This document shows positions 20,540 to 29,500 of a DNA stretch of 64,000 nucleotides, one piece after another. Made by a program: the position numbers and the translations under genes. The DNA is taken from positions 32,001 through 96,000 of the forward strand of contig JBGFRI010000030.1 in the NCBI GenBank assembly GCA_041695225.1. The letters run 5' to 3'. The notes beneath the pieces are model-generated. The model searched no databases, had not been told where the DNA came from, and saw nothing but the letters and a program-made list of their open reading frames with translations. Numbering within the stretch: position 1 is the first letter of the stretch; the number at the start of each line of letters is the position of its first letter. The DNA is from Deinococcota bacterium (lineage in GTDB: Bacteria > Deinococcota > Deinococci > Deinococcales > Thermaceae).

Positions 20540-20911
20540 GTGTCTATCTTCGAGGGACATAGTCAAAGTATGCTTCGGAAGCGAGCAGCCTATGTAGACC
20601 TGCTGGAGCAAGCGCTCCCGCAGATTGTGGAGAGACTCTCAGGACTAGAAGGGGTGGAACGGGTAAGCCTATTCGGCTCCCATGCGCAAGGAAAAAGAGA
20701 TCTCTTCACCGACCTGGACATCCTGGTCATCATGGAGACGGAGCTGGGCTTTATCGAGCGACTAAGGATGCTCTATGGGGTTGTGGCGAGTCCGGTGGAC
20801 TTGGACCTTCTTTGCTATACCCCGCGGGAATTCCAGGACCTCAAGGGGCAACCATTTTTTCGTCGGATCGCGCAAGAGGAGGTCGTGTTGTATGAGAAGA
20901 ACCGCCCTTGA
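20540..20911 (+). CDS. MNT nucleotidyltransferase
   Basis: [23 protein letters not shown]. Confidence 0.88.
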   Translation: MSIFEGHSQSMLRKRAAYVDLLEQALPQIVERLSGLEGVERVSLFGSHAQGKRDLFTDLDILVIMETELGFIERLRMLYGVVASPVDLDLLCYTPREFQDLKGQPFFRRIAQEEVVLYEKNRP

Positions 20912-21329
20912 GGAGGGGATGCGGTGGCTGGAGCAAGCGGAGGAGGACCAGCGCTGGGCCAAAGACCTGGCAGAACGGGGTGGGTATCATCTGGCTTGTT
21001 TCCTGGCCCAGCAGGTGGGAGAGAAGGCGTTGAAGGCGTTCCTCTATGCGCAGGGTGAAGAGATTGTCCTGGGTCACTCCATCGCCCGTCTCGGTCAAAG
21101 CGCCTCTCAGTGGGATAGCGAATTTGGCGAGCAGGTGAGGAGGTGGTCTATCCTGGATGGCTTTTATGTGCCAACCCGTTACCCGAACAGCCTGCCCGAT
21201 AGCATCCCGGCGCGGGTGTACACTCAAGAGGCAGCAGCAGAAGCTGTGCGGCTCTCAGAGGAGATGGTCGACTTCGTTCGCCAATGGTTTTCGCAGAGAG
21301 TCCGTCCGGGGGCGAACGGCAAGGGCTGA
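20892..21329 (+). CDS. HEPN-domain protein
   Basis: [34 protein letters not shown] 20892 overlaps the MNT end. Confidence 0.88.
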   Translation: MRRTALEEGMRWLEQAEEDQRWAKDLAERGGYHLACFLAQQVGEKALKAFLYAQGEEIVLGHSIARLGQSASQWDSEFGEQVRRWSILDGFYVPTRYPNSLPDSIPARVYTQEAAAEAVRLSEEMVDFVRQWFSQRVRPGANGKG

Positions 21330-21507
21330 AAGGATAAGCCACCTGGGTTTGAGATTGGGCCGAAGGAGATAGGGTTATCGAGATACAGGCCGAAGGCGAA
21401 GCTGGGCAGGTGGTGGAGGAATACCTAAAAGCCCAAGGGCAGACTAGAGGGAGCGACGATGCCGGAGCCGCCGGGTGCGTGTCTTCTAGAGCAGGAGAGA
21501 CATCTCG

Positions 21508-21893
21508 ATGACTGAGCTAACCCAGATCAAAACCGTAGACCGCGCGGTGATAGACGAGGTGGTCAGGCGGATTGTGGAGCGTGTTCGGCCCCAGAAGATC
21601 ATACTTTTTGGGTCGTACGCTTATGGGCGCCCCCATGCCGACAGCGATCTGGATATCCTGGTGGTGATGGAGTCAGAGCTACCACGCTACAAGCGCGCTG
21701 TGCCGATATACCGGGCCTTAGCCGGGCTGCTCATCCCCAAAGATGTGCTGGTCTATAGACTGGGTGACGGAGTGGCCGAGGACGGGGGTGATTAATCTAT
21801 ACCCCGCAAGAGATCGAGTCGTGGAGTGAGGTGCCACAGGCCTTTATCACCACCATCCTGCACAGAGGACAGGTGGTGTATGAGAAGAACTAA
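21508..21893 (+). pseudogene. MNT interrupted by the 44-bp element
   Basis: LFGSYAYGRPHADSDLD; removing 21757-21800 restores DVLVY|TPQEIESWSEVPQAFITTILHRGQVVYEKN*. Confidence 0.88.
21757..21800 (+). mobile_element. 44-bp micro-insertion
   Basis: AGACTGGGTGACGGAGTGGCCGAGGACGGGGGTGATTAATCTAT inserted after a TAT codon. Confidence 0.88.
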
Positions 21894-22314
21894 GGCCGAC
21901 CTGGTTCGGGGATGGCTGGAAAAAGCCCGAAGAGACCTGCATACCGCAGCAAATCAACTGAATACAGCAGAGCCCTTTGCGGATATTGTTTGCTTCTGAG
22001 CCCAACAGGCGGCAGAAAAATACTTAAAGGCCTATTTAGTCTGGCAAGAGATTGAGTTTCCCCGTACCCACGCACTTGAGGATCTGGTGTTACTGGCCTC
22101 ACAAAAAGAGCCAGATTTTCTGGGCCTCGAGGAGGAGGCGGCTTCGCTTACCCCTTATGCTGTGGAAACTCGTTACCCGGAGTTTGAGGAGCCCTTAGTT
22201 GAAGATGCCAGGGAGTCCATCGAGATCGCCAGGAAAGTGGCACACTTTGTCCTGCAAAGATTACCCCAAGAGGCCAGAGGGGGATCAGATGCGGGTTCGA
22301 TAATGGGTTTTTGA
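21880..22314 (+). pseudogene. HEPN gene with in-frame TGA
   Basis: MRRTKADLVRGWLEKA...IVCF*AQQAAEKYLKA...RTH...ETRYP; TGA at 21997-21999. Confidence 0.85.
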
Positions 22315-22336
22315 ACAACTCCATTTCAAGGCTATA

Positions 22337-23602
22337 TTACTTACTTACCCTGGCTAACGCCCAGACGTTCACCGCAGTGCTAGCAATTAGCTGAACACTC
22401 GCCCCGATCATCAGCGCCCATGCGCCGCCTAGAAGGCCATAAGCAGGCACTAGAAAGAGGCACCAGATCAGTGTGCTTAGACTCACCAGGACGAATACGG
22501 GTACCTGAATGTGGAACAGCCTTGCAGCCGTCATGCCATAGCCCATGAAGGAAGCCACGTAGGCAAGAGCGGCAGCAATCATGAGCCACACCAGGAGTGT
22601 GCTGAAAGCGGCGAATTCAACCCCGTACAGTAGCCTCAGCAAGGGCTCGCCCAGGAGCGCCGCGACGAGCACGCCACCGCCCCCGAGCCCCACGCCTATC
22701 GCCACCAGTTTTCCGAGCAGGTTGCGAAATGCGGTAGTGTTACCCGCTGCGTAGAGCTGGGCCAGGCGTGGGCTGGCCGACTGCCCCAGCGCACCGACAA
22801 CGGTGTTGCCGGCGACCATGAGATAGGCCAGGGCCGCGAAGATACCCAGTTCCCAGGTTCCCAGGTGGCCCTGGATAAAGTAGCTGGGGATATTGGTGCT
22901 GAGCGAGATGAGCAGGACAACAAAACCGAGCGGCAGTGCGGTCAAGGCGAGCTTGGCGATCTGTTTGGTCAGCGGGGCATAGGGAAAAGCCTTCTCTGTC
23001 GCTCCAAATTCGGTGTGTTGCTTGAGCAGCCGTAAACCACTGGGCGCATCGAACAGCGCCAGAACGGCAGCCCAGACAGCTGCCATGCCTAGTACCGCAG
23101 CAGCCAGGCTGCCGGTCGCATAGAGCACCGCGACCACGGCCACCAGCGACAATAACCCGCGTAATATGAGTGACTGCGCGATGCGATCCATGCGCTCGTG
23201 CTGTTGCAAGAGACCATAGTAGACGTCACTCATGGATTCCAGCGCCTTGGCCAGACCGACCAGTACGATGACCAGTGCCGCGGTGCTTTGAAAGCCTCCT
23301 ATATAGACGACGCCTGCGATAACCAGGAGCGCCAGCCCAGTGGTGCTCGTGCGCAAGATCAGATAGTGGCTGAAGGGGTGGGTGCGCTTGGCGTCCGTGG
23401 CCAGCACGCTGCGCAATTGAAGGTTGCTGAACATGATGATGGGTGCGGTGATGGCCAGCCCTAGCGCGAACTGCCCGACGGTCTCGGGCGTCCCGAAGTG
23501 TGCCAGTGCGACTAGAATTCCCCCCTGCGTCGCGGCATAGATCACGTTGCCGACCAAACTCCATGAGAAGTTCTGCCTCAGGCTGAGGGGGGCAAAGCTC
23601 AT
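22337..23602 (-). CDS. Wzx-type flippase / polysaccharide biosynthesis protein
   Basis: NFSWSLVGNVIYA, QLRSVLATD, QQHERMD; multi-TM. Confidence 0.85.
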   Translation of the reverse strand: MSFAPLSLRQNFSWSLVGNVIYAATQGGILVALAHFGTPETVGQFALGLAITAPIIMFSNLQLRSVLATDAKRTHPFSHYLILRTSTTGLALLVIAGVVYIGGFQSTAALVIVLVGLAKALESMSDVYYGLLQQHERMDRIAQSLILRGLLSLVAVVAVLYATGSLAAAVLGMAAVWAAVLALFDAPSGLRLLKQHTEFGATEKAFPYAPLTKQIAKLALTALPLGFVVLLISLSTNIPSYFIQGHLGTWELGIFAALAYLMVAGNTVVGALGQSASPRLAQLYAAGNTTAFRNLLGKLVAIGVGLGGGGVLVAALLGEPLLRLLYGVEFAAFSTLLVWLMIAAALAYVASFMGYGMTAARLFHIQVPVFVLVSLSTLIWCLFLVPAYGLLGGAWALMIGASVQLIASTAVNVWALARVSK

Positions 23603-23632
23603 AATGATTCGCGACTGAATAGTTGATGCCCG

Positions 23633-23995
23633 TTATGCGACGTAAAGCCTGCTCTCTTTCCCGTCATCCGCGTCAGTTCGCCTTTGCGTTTGCCTGCCAC
23701 AGATAAGCTGGGCCTCTGCCATGATAAGTTCGCTGAAGCCTTTGCCGCGCTGCTGCATCTTGGCCAGTTCGTCTGGCGTGTAAACCGGGAGGTCGAGGTG
23801 GCCGAGCCCTGCGGGGAGGAAGCGTCGGACCTCCTGCAGGCGCTCCAGCATGGGGAGCGTTGTCCGTTTGACCAATATGAGATTTATGTTGTTCAGACTG
23901 TCGGCCTCGCCCCTGGCCTGGGAGCCGAAGAGGTAGATGCGCTTGGGCTCGTAGGCGCTTAGCGCAGAGCCGATGCGGGCATAGCGGGCTGCCAT
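23633..23995 (-). CDS. MNT-like protein with degenerate catalytic motif
   Basis: LFGSQARGEADSLNNINL: Asn where the DxD aspartates are expected; no intact HEPN partner. Confidence 0.7.
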   Translation of the reverse strand: MAARYARIGSALSAYEPKRIYLFGSQARGEADSLNNINLILVKRTTLPMLERLQEVRRFLPAGLGHLDLPVYTPDELAKMQQRGKGFSELIMAEAQLICGRQTQRRTDADDGKESRLYVA

Positions 23996-24002
23996 GCCAT
24001 CC

Positions 24003-24008
24003 AGTCTA
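24003..24008 (-). promoter_or_regulatory. TAGACT -10-like box 7 nt upstream of ATG (candidate leaderless promoter)
   Basis: Same box lies 6-7 nt before an ATG at 11163, 12490, 16128 and 18023. Confidence 0.65.
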
Positions 24009-24082
24009 CACCAACACCACGCGCCGCCCCGGCTAGGGTTCAGAGGGCTCGCCAGGTTGCGGTTTCCTCCCTGCCGGGTCCC

Positions 24083-25685
24083 TTAGGTTCTTGATCGCTT
24101 CGCCGTGGCTGGCTTGTCATTCGGCAGTTGCCGGCTGGGCGCGCCATAGCCATGCCCATAGCCGTAGCCGTACCCGTACCCCCCCTGGCGCCGCTGCCTC
24201 TCCTCGAGGTTGGTGGCCACCATACCCAGGACGCGCACGCCGATGCGCTGGAGGGTCTCGAGGGTGGCTTTCACACTGCGCCGGTCGGCCTTGTCCAGGC
24301 TTACCACCACCACCACGCCGGTGCAGTGGGGGGCGATGGTCAGCGTATCGGCCACCGGCAGCACGGGGGCCGAGTCAATGATGATGACCTCGTAGCGCTG
24401 GCGCCAGGCGTCTAGGCACTCGCGGAAGCCCTGGCCCAGGAGTTCGGTGGGGTTGGGGGGGGGCTTCGAAGCTGGGGATAACCTCGAGGTTTTGGCTGGG
24501 GCCTAAGGGGACAGCTACAGGAGCGTCCTCCTGGTAGAAGGTCTCGAGGTAGCTGATCAGAGGGGTGTCGGTCTGGGGGCTCAGGTTGTACTCCTTGCCG
24601 AGTACCGGCGCACGCAGGTCGGCGTCGACCAGCAGCGTCTTCTGGCCGTTGCGGGCGAAGCTCTCGGCGAGCGAGAGGGCCACGCTCGACTTACCTTCGG
24701 CGCTGGCGCTGCTGGTGACCAGGATGACCCTGGGGTGGGCGTCGGCGGTGGCGAAGAGGAGGTTGGTGCGCAGATAGTTGCTGGCTTCTAGCGGCAGTCG
24801 GCGGCCGGTGGACTGGCGGGCGAACTCGGCCAAAATGGGCTGGTTGCTGAGGCGGGCCAGGTCGTCGCTTCCCTTGATGCGGGCATCCAGGCTCTCGCGC
24901 AACAGCAGCAGCCCGTAGGTGACAAAAAGGGCCAGTACAAAGGCCAGCGCCGCGTTCAGGGCAGGCCTGGGCGCCACCGGGCGCAGCGGAGCAAGGGCGG
25001 GCTCCAAGACCTCCAGGTGGCCCACCGCGCCGTGCCGGAGCACTCTGGCGGTGTTCAGCTCGGCGAGCTGTTGAGCCCGGAGCTGCGTCAGGGAGTTGTA
25101 TTTGGCTTGTAGATCGCCTCTGAGCGGCGGGGCCCCGAGCATGCGTAGCTGCTGGTCGAGCGCCTGAATCTGGCTCTCGATACTGGCGATGATGGTAGCA
25201 AGGTTGCGACCCGCGCGGCCCTGGTCCCACTCCAGGGCGGCCTGGGCCAGGGCGTTGGCGAGGCTGGCGGCGCGCGCGGGGTCGTGGGCGCGCACGTAGA
25301 TGTGGATCAGGCTGCTGGCGCGGGCGGCTTCTGTGCGAACGGTAAGCTGGCGGCGTATGGCCTCTACCGCCTGGGGGGTGGCCGGCTCGCCGAGGCGGGC
25401 AAGGGCAGCCTGCAACAGGCTGGCGCTCAGAATAGCCGAGCGGTAGGCCGAGACGTCAATTGCCGGGGCAGTCACCAGGTTGCCCCCGAAGTTGCGCTCA
25501 CCCAGCAGGTCGGGCTGACTGACCAGCAAGGTCGCGCGGGCCTGGTAGGTTGGTGCTACGTTGCGGCTCCAGAAGAAACTTACCAGCCCAGCCAGCACAG
25601 CAACGGCTAGCGCAAAGGCCAGGCCACGGCGGATGAAGTTGAAAAGGTCTGTGAGCGAAACTTCACTGGTGTCCTGCTCTACCAT
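24083..25685 (-). pseudogene. Wzc/CpsD-type chain-length regulator-tyrosine kinase, frameshifted at a C9 tract
   Basis: Wzz-like N-terminus, Walker A SAEGKS and DADLR in one frame; IIIDSAP and the GYGYGYGY tail in another frame after 24455-24463. Confidence 0.85.
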
Positions 25686-25861
25686 GTGGTTCTCCCCGGG
25701 ACTGGTTGCGCGGGCGGGTGGGCGTTGCAACCCCCTGCGCTAACCAAATTCAACCTTGCAATACCGCCACCCCGGTAATTCGGAGCATTTGCGGGGGACA
25801 GCCAGGCATCCTGGCATTATACGTTATAATAAAGGTGACAGCTCAGCGCGGGCAATAGGAG

Positions 25862-26140
25862 ACACCCGACGCCGACGTCCTCCTTCTGCTCGCCGACTCG
25901 AGTGAGACGTTCCACCATCGCCTGGTCTCTTACAAACCCCTGAGCCTTGGGGTAAGCGTGGAGGTCTTTCCGTACACGGTAGCCGAGGCCCGCCAAGCCC
26001 TAATCGAGGGGTGGGGCGTGGTGGGTGTGGCCCTGCGGGAGGGGGTCCTGCTCTTTGTGCGGGACGGGTTTGAAGGCGTGCTCGCAGGGTGGAAGGAAGG
26101 GGATTTGATGGTCAGGCATAGGAGGTTGCCAGAAAAATAG
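25862..26140 (+). pseudogene. MNT fragment lacking its N-terminus
   Basis: DADVLLLL...VEVFPYTVAE...ALREGVLL; no GS motif upstream. Confidence 0.65.
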
Positions 26141-26612
26141 ACCAGATTTACTCCAGCCTGGTTAGGAATTAGTCTTAATTCGTGTAATCATTACAATATG
26201 CCGAGGTCACCGTGAACCAGGTGAAGGGTCTGATGTAAGTTACTGCACTGAGTTCACCTGGCCCTGGTATAGCCGATATTTCGGCAAGGGCGGCACACCC
26301 CACGACCCTGGCCGTGGTCTTCGGGAAAGCAGCCCAGAGCATCTCAGCGGAAATTGGGCCTACGAACCTCTTCTGGACTGCTTCGTCGGCCCAAGGTCCT
26401 CCTCGCAGTGACGAGGGAGGTGCCTGGGGCCTCGTCGCACTTATGCTCTCCACGCTGTTTTGTTGGGTACGGTCTTTCCTTAGGCTGGTATCAGGATGAA
26501 ATTTCGGTAATGTTGTAAGGGCTTTAGCGGCCGGTTCCACCTTTACCAAGAGAGCCTGTGCTTAATAACGCAGGTCGCTGCAGGAACTTGGGTTAGACTA
26601 TTCGCAGAATTT

Positions 26613-27896
26613 TTGTGTATGTCCACTCTAGTATTGACCAACAACCCCGCCTTCCTGAGGGCTAAAGGCCGCCTCCGGTGGGTGTTGTTCTATGCCTGGC
26701 ACGGCCTGGGAATGCTACTGATTACGATGCTGGCTGCCTGGGTAGCCTGGGACACCTGGCGTTTTTGGACCCTTTACGAGGGCCAGATTCTGGTACCTGC
26801 GGCCCTGCTGGCCTACGGGGTTGCTCTTTTTAGCACCCGCAGGCTTCTGGCGCTGGTGGGCGCCAACGCACTGCTAACCACACTGGTCAGCATCGGTGTG
26901 GCCTTTGTGCTCTTGATAACTATTCTGGCCATGGGCCGCTTTTACTACTCGCGCAGTTTCTTGCTTGTGGCTTTTGTCGGGTTTTTTCTGTGGCAGTGGC
27001 TGGGCTGGCGCTGGCTGGCGCTGGCCCGGCCCCGAATCGGGCTGATACCCGGTGGGCTGGCCAACAGCCTGCTGGGCCTGAAGGGCGCGGAATGGGTGAG
27101 CCTCGAGAGGCCCGGACCGGCATCGGGCCTGGATGGGGTGGCCGCCGATCTGCACATACCTCACCAGGCCGAGTGGGTGCGCTTTATGGCCGAGTGCAGC
27201 CTGTACCGGGTCCCCATATACCACGCGGCAGCGGTCTACGAACTGCTCACCGGCAAGGTTTCGCTGCCCCACCACTCCGAAGAGCTGATGGAGGCCATTC
27301 AGCTTCCACCGTTTTACCCTACCCTAAAGCGCATGGTAGACCTGGCCGGCGTAGTGCTTTTGCTGCCCCTAATTCTACCAATGGCCGCAGTGTTGGCTGT
27401 GCTGATACGGCTGGAATCTGCCGGGCCAGTGCTGTTTTTCCAGGAGCGCGTGGGACAGGGAGGCAGAACCTTCCGCATGGTAAAGTTTCGCAGCATGTAC
27501 ATGCAGGCCGATAACTCGGTGGCCCGATTTGCCGACAATGGCGATGGCCGGGTTACCCGGGTTGGAAAGTGCCTGCGCAAGTTCCGGTTCGACGAGATTC
27601 CTCAGCTCTGGAATGTGCTCAAAGGCGAGATGAGCATTGTCGGACCTCGCCCAGAGCAGGTCTGGTTTGCCCGGCAGTTCGAAGCCGAAATTCCTTTTTA
27701 TGCCTACCGGCACCTGGTTAAGCCTGGCATAACCGGCTGGGCCCAGGTTAATCAGGGCTATGCGGCCAACTCTACCGAGACCCGCGAAAAGCTTGCCTAC
27801 GACCTCTTTTACATCAAGCACCTGTCGCTGTGGCTCGACACCGCGATTTTACTCAAAACCATCCGAATTGTGCTCACCGGCTTTGGGGCTAGATAG
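26613..27896 (+). CDS. Polyprenyl-phosphate sugar-1-phosphate transferase (priming glycosyltransferase)
   Basis: KFRSM, DEIPQLWNVLKGEMSIVGPRPE, KPGITGWAQV. Confidence 0.93.
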   Translation: MCMSTLVLTNNPAFLRAKGRLRWVLFYAWHGLGMLLITMLAAWVAWDTWRFWTLYEGQILVPAALLAYGVALFSTRRLLALVGANALLTTLVSIGVAFVLLITILAMGRFYYSRSFLLVAFVGFFLWQWLGWRWLALARPRIGLIPGGLANSLLGLKGAEWVSLERPGPASGLDGVAADLHIPHQAEWVRFMAECSLYRVPIYHAAAVYELLTGKVSLPHHSEELMEAIQLPPFYPTLKRMVDLAGVVLLLPLILPMAAVLAVLIRLESAGPVLFFQERVGQGGRTFRMVKFRSMYMQADNSVARFADNGDGRVTRVGKCLRKFRFDEIPQLWNVLKGEMSIVGPRPEQVWFARQFEAEIPFYAYRHLVKPGITGWAQVNQGYAANSTETREKLAYDLFYIKHLSLWLDTAILLKTIRIVLTGFGAR

Positions 27897-29500
27897 TGGT
27901 TCAACTGGTAAAAAAGCACAACCTGTCGCGCATGGCTCTGGGCCTTCCCTTTCTGGCCCTAGCATTCTTCCCCGAGTTCTTTGCCCTGGCAGCTCTGGCA
28001 ATTGTGCTATATCTGTGGCTGGTAAGGCGAGAGAAACCCCTGTGGCTGGGCTTCTTTATCGCCCAGGCGGTGCTGTGGTCGGCTGCCCACTGGCTGGCCG
28101 GCCAGCAGACCGAACCTGCGCCTACCCCCAAAGCGGGGGAAACGGCAGCCCTGCGGAATCTGATTCCTGCGCACGGCTGGGCTGACCTCCACGGCTGGAA
28201 CCCCCAGGACCAGGCTGGCCCCTGGGCAGTCCGGCAGCCCGATGGCTTCTGGCGTGTAGAACGCCGGCATCCTGCATCTGGCAGGCCGTTTGCAGAGATA
28301 CGCTCGAGTCAGTTTTACCAGGTTGAAGCAGGCAGTACCCACACCCTGAGCTTCCTTTTCCGCCACGACGGTAGGCAGGTGTCATTCAGTCTCAATTTTT
28401 ATACCCCTGGCTCTCCCCAGCCGGTTCCGGCCCATATCGCAGACCTGGGGGGCGGTCTTTACCGGGCCTATGCGACCTACCAGGCGCCTGAAGATGGGCA
28501 GATACGGGTTCCCAGCCTGGTGAACCTGGAGGGGGACTGGAGCTACCTCGAGATTGGCTATGTCCAGCTCGAGCCTGGCCCGGTGGCCAATGCCTATGTC
28601 CCTCACCGGCCCCCGGAGCAAGACTGGCTTAACGGTCTGGGCTGGGCCATCGGCACACCCCTGCTGGCCATGATAATACTGCAAGCTGGGCGCTTTTTGA
28701 TTGCCGCCCTAGGGCCGGCCCGAGTGGCGTGGTTTCTACTGGCGGGGCTGGCCCTTCATGCTGCTTATGGCCTTTTTCAGTACCTGGCCGACCCCGCTCT
28801 GGCCCCAGCCAGGGTGATGGGGCACGATCCCAACCCCAATCACTTTGGACATGCGGGCGTTGCAATGGCTCTGTTGATCGTACTGCTGGCAGGTTTTCGC
28901 ACTGGAGTCTGGGCGGCAGTGGTGGCGGGCCTGATGGTCTTTCTGTCGGGCAGCAGAACCGCGCTGGTGGGCTGGATGCTGCTGGTAGCGTGGTTTGGCA
29001 TTGGTTTTGCTCGCAGACTCACCGTCTTTCATCTGGCGCTGGTGGCTCTGGTGGGGGCTATCTTGCTGGGGTCGCAGATGCCCCGCTTTGCCGATTTGGC
29101 CGTAAATTTGACCGATCAAACCCGGTGGGTAATCTACTCCACCCTGTGGCAGGGCTTTTTATCGCAGCCCTGGTATGGAATGGGTATTGGCAGCATCCCG
29201 GCCTACTTTTTGCTAAACCGCCCCCCGGAGACCCTCGAGATCTATCTTCCTCACGCGCATAATGTGTACATCCAGCTTCTGGCCGAGCTGGGCCTGCTGG
29301 GCTTGCTCGGGTTTGTGCTGGTACTGGCTAAGGTGGCGCAGCTTTTCTGGCAGGCCCGGGCCTGGCAAGCATTCCTGGCGCTTGGCATCGTGCTGAGCAT
29401 GAACCTTTTTGACAACACCCTGTTCTATGCAGGTGTATATTACAGTGTCTGGCTGATGGTAGCAGCGGCACATGTTCAACTTGATAGGATGACAAGATGA
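27896..29500 (+). CDS. O-antigen ligase family protein with a soluble inserted domain
   Basis: NPNHFG, SGSRT, HAHNVYIQLLAELG. Confidence 0.85.
   Translation: MVQLVKKHNLSRMALGLPFLALAFFPEFFALAALAIVLYLWLVRREKPLWLGFFIAQAVLWSAAHWLAGQQTEPAPTPKAGETAALRNLIPAHGWADLHGWNPQDQAGPWAVRQPDGFWRVERRHPASGRPFAEIRSSQFYQVEAGSTHTLSFLFRHDGRQVSFSLNFYTPGSPQPVPAHIADLGGGLYRAYATYQAPEDGQIRVPSLVNLEGDWSYLEIGYVQLEPGPVANAYVPHRPPEQDWLNGLGWAIGTPLLAMIILQAGRFLIAALGPARVAWFLLAGLALHAAYGLFQYLADPALAPARVMGHDPNPNHFGHAGVAMALLIVLLAGFRTGVWAAVVAGLMVFLSGSRTALVGWMLLVAWFGIGFARRLTVFHLALVALVGAILLGSQMPRFADLAVNLTDQTRWVIYSTLWQGFLSQPWYGMGIGSIPAYFLLNRPPETLEIYLPHAHNVYIQLLAELGLLGLLGFVLVLAKVAQLFWQARAWQAFLALGIVLSMNLFDNTLFYAGVYYSVWLMVAAAHVQLDRMTR

Noticed and set aside
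21997..21999. Selenocysteine read-through of the HEPN TGA
   Set aside because: The position is not a known catalytic Cys, no SECIS-like hairpin was recognised, and the partner gene is also broken.
10700..26200. Classical integron
   Set aside because: No tyrosine recombinase in the window, no RYYYAAC...GTTRRRY attC pattern recognised between cassettes, and cassettes lie on both strands.
26175..26549. 124-aa minus-strand ORF
   Set aside because: No recognisable motif, and it runs across a REP-like half element at 26373-26412.
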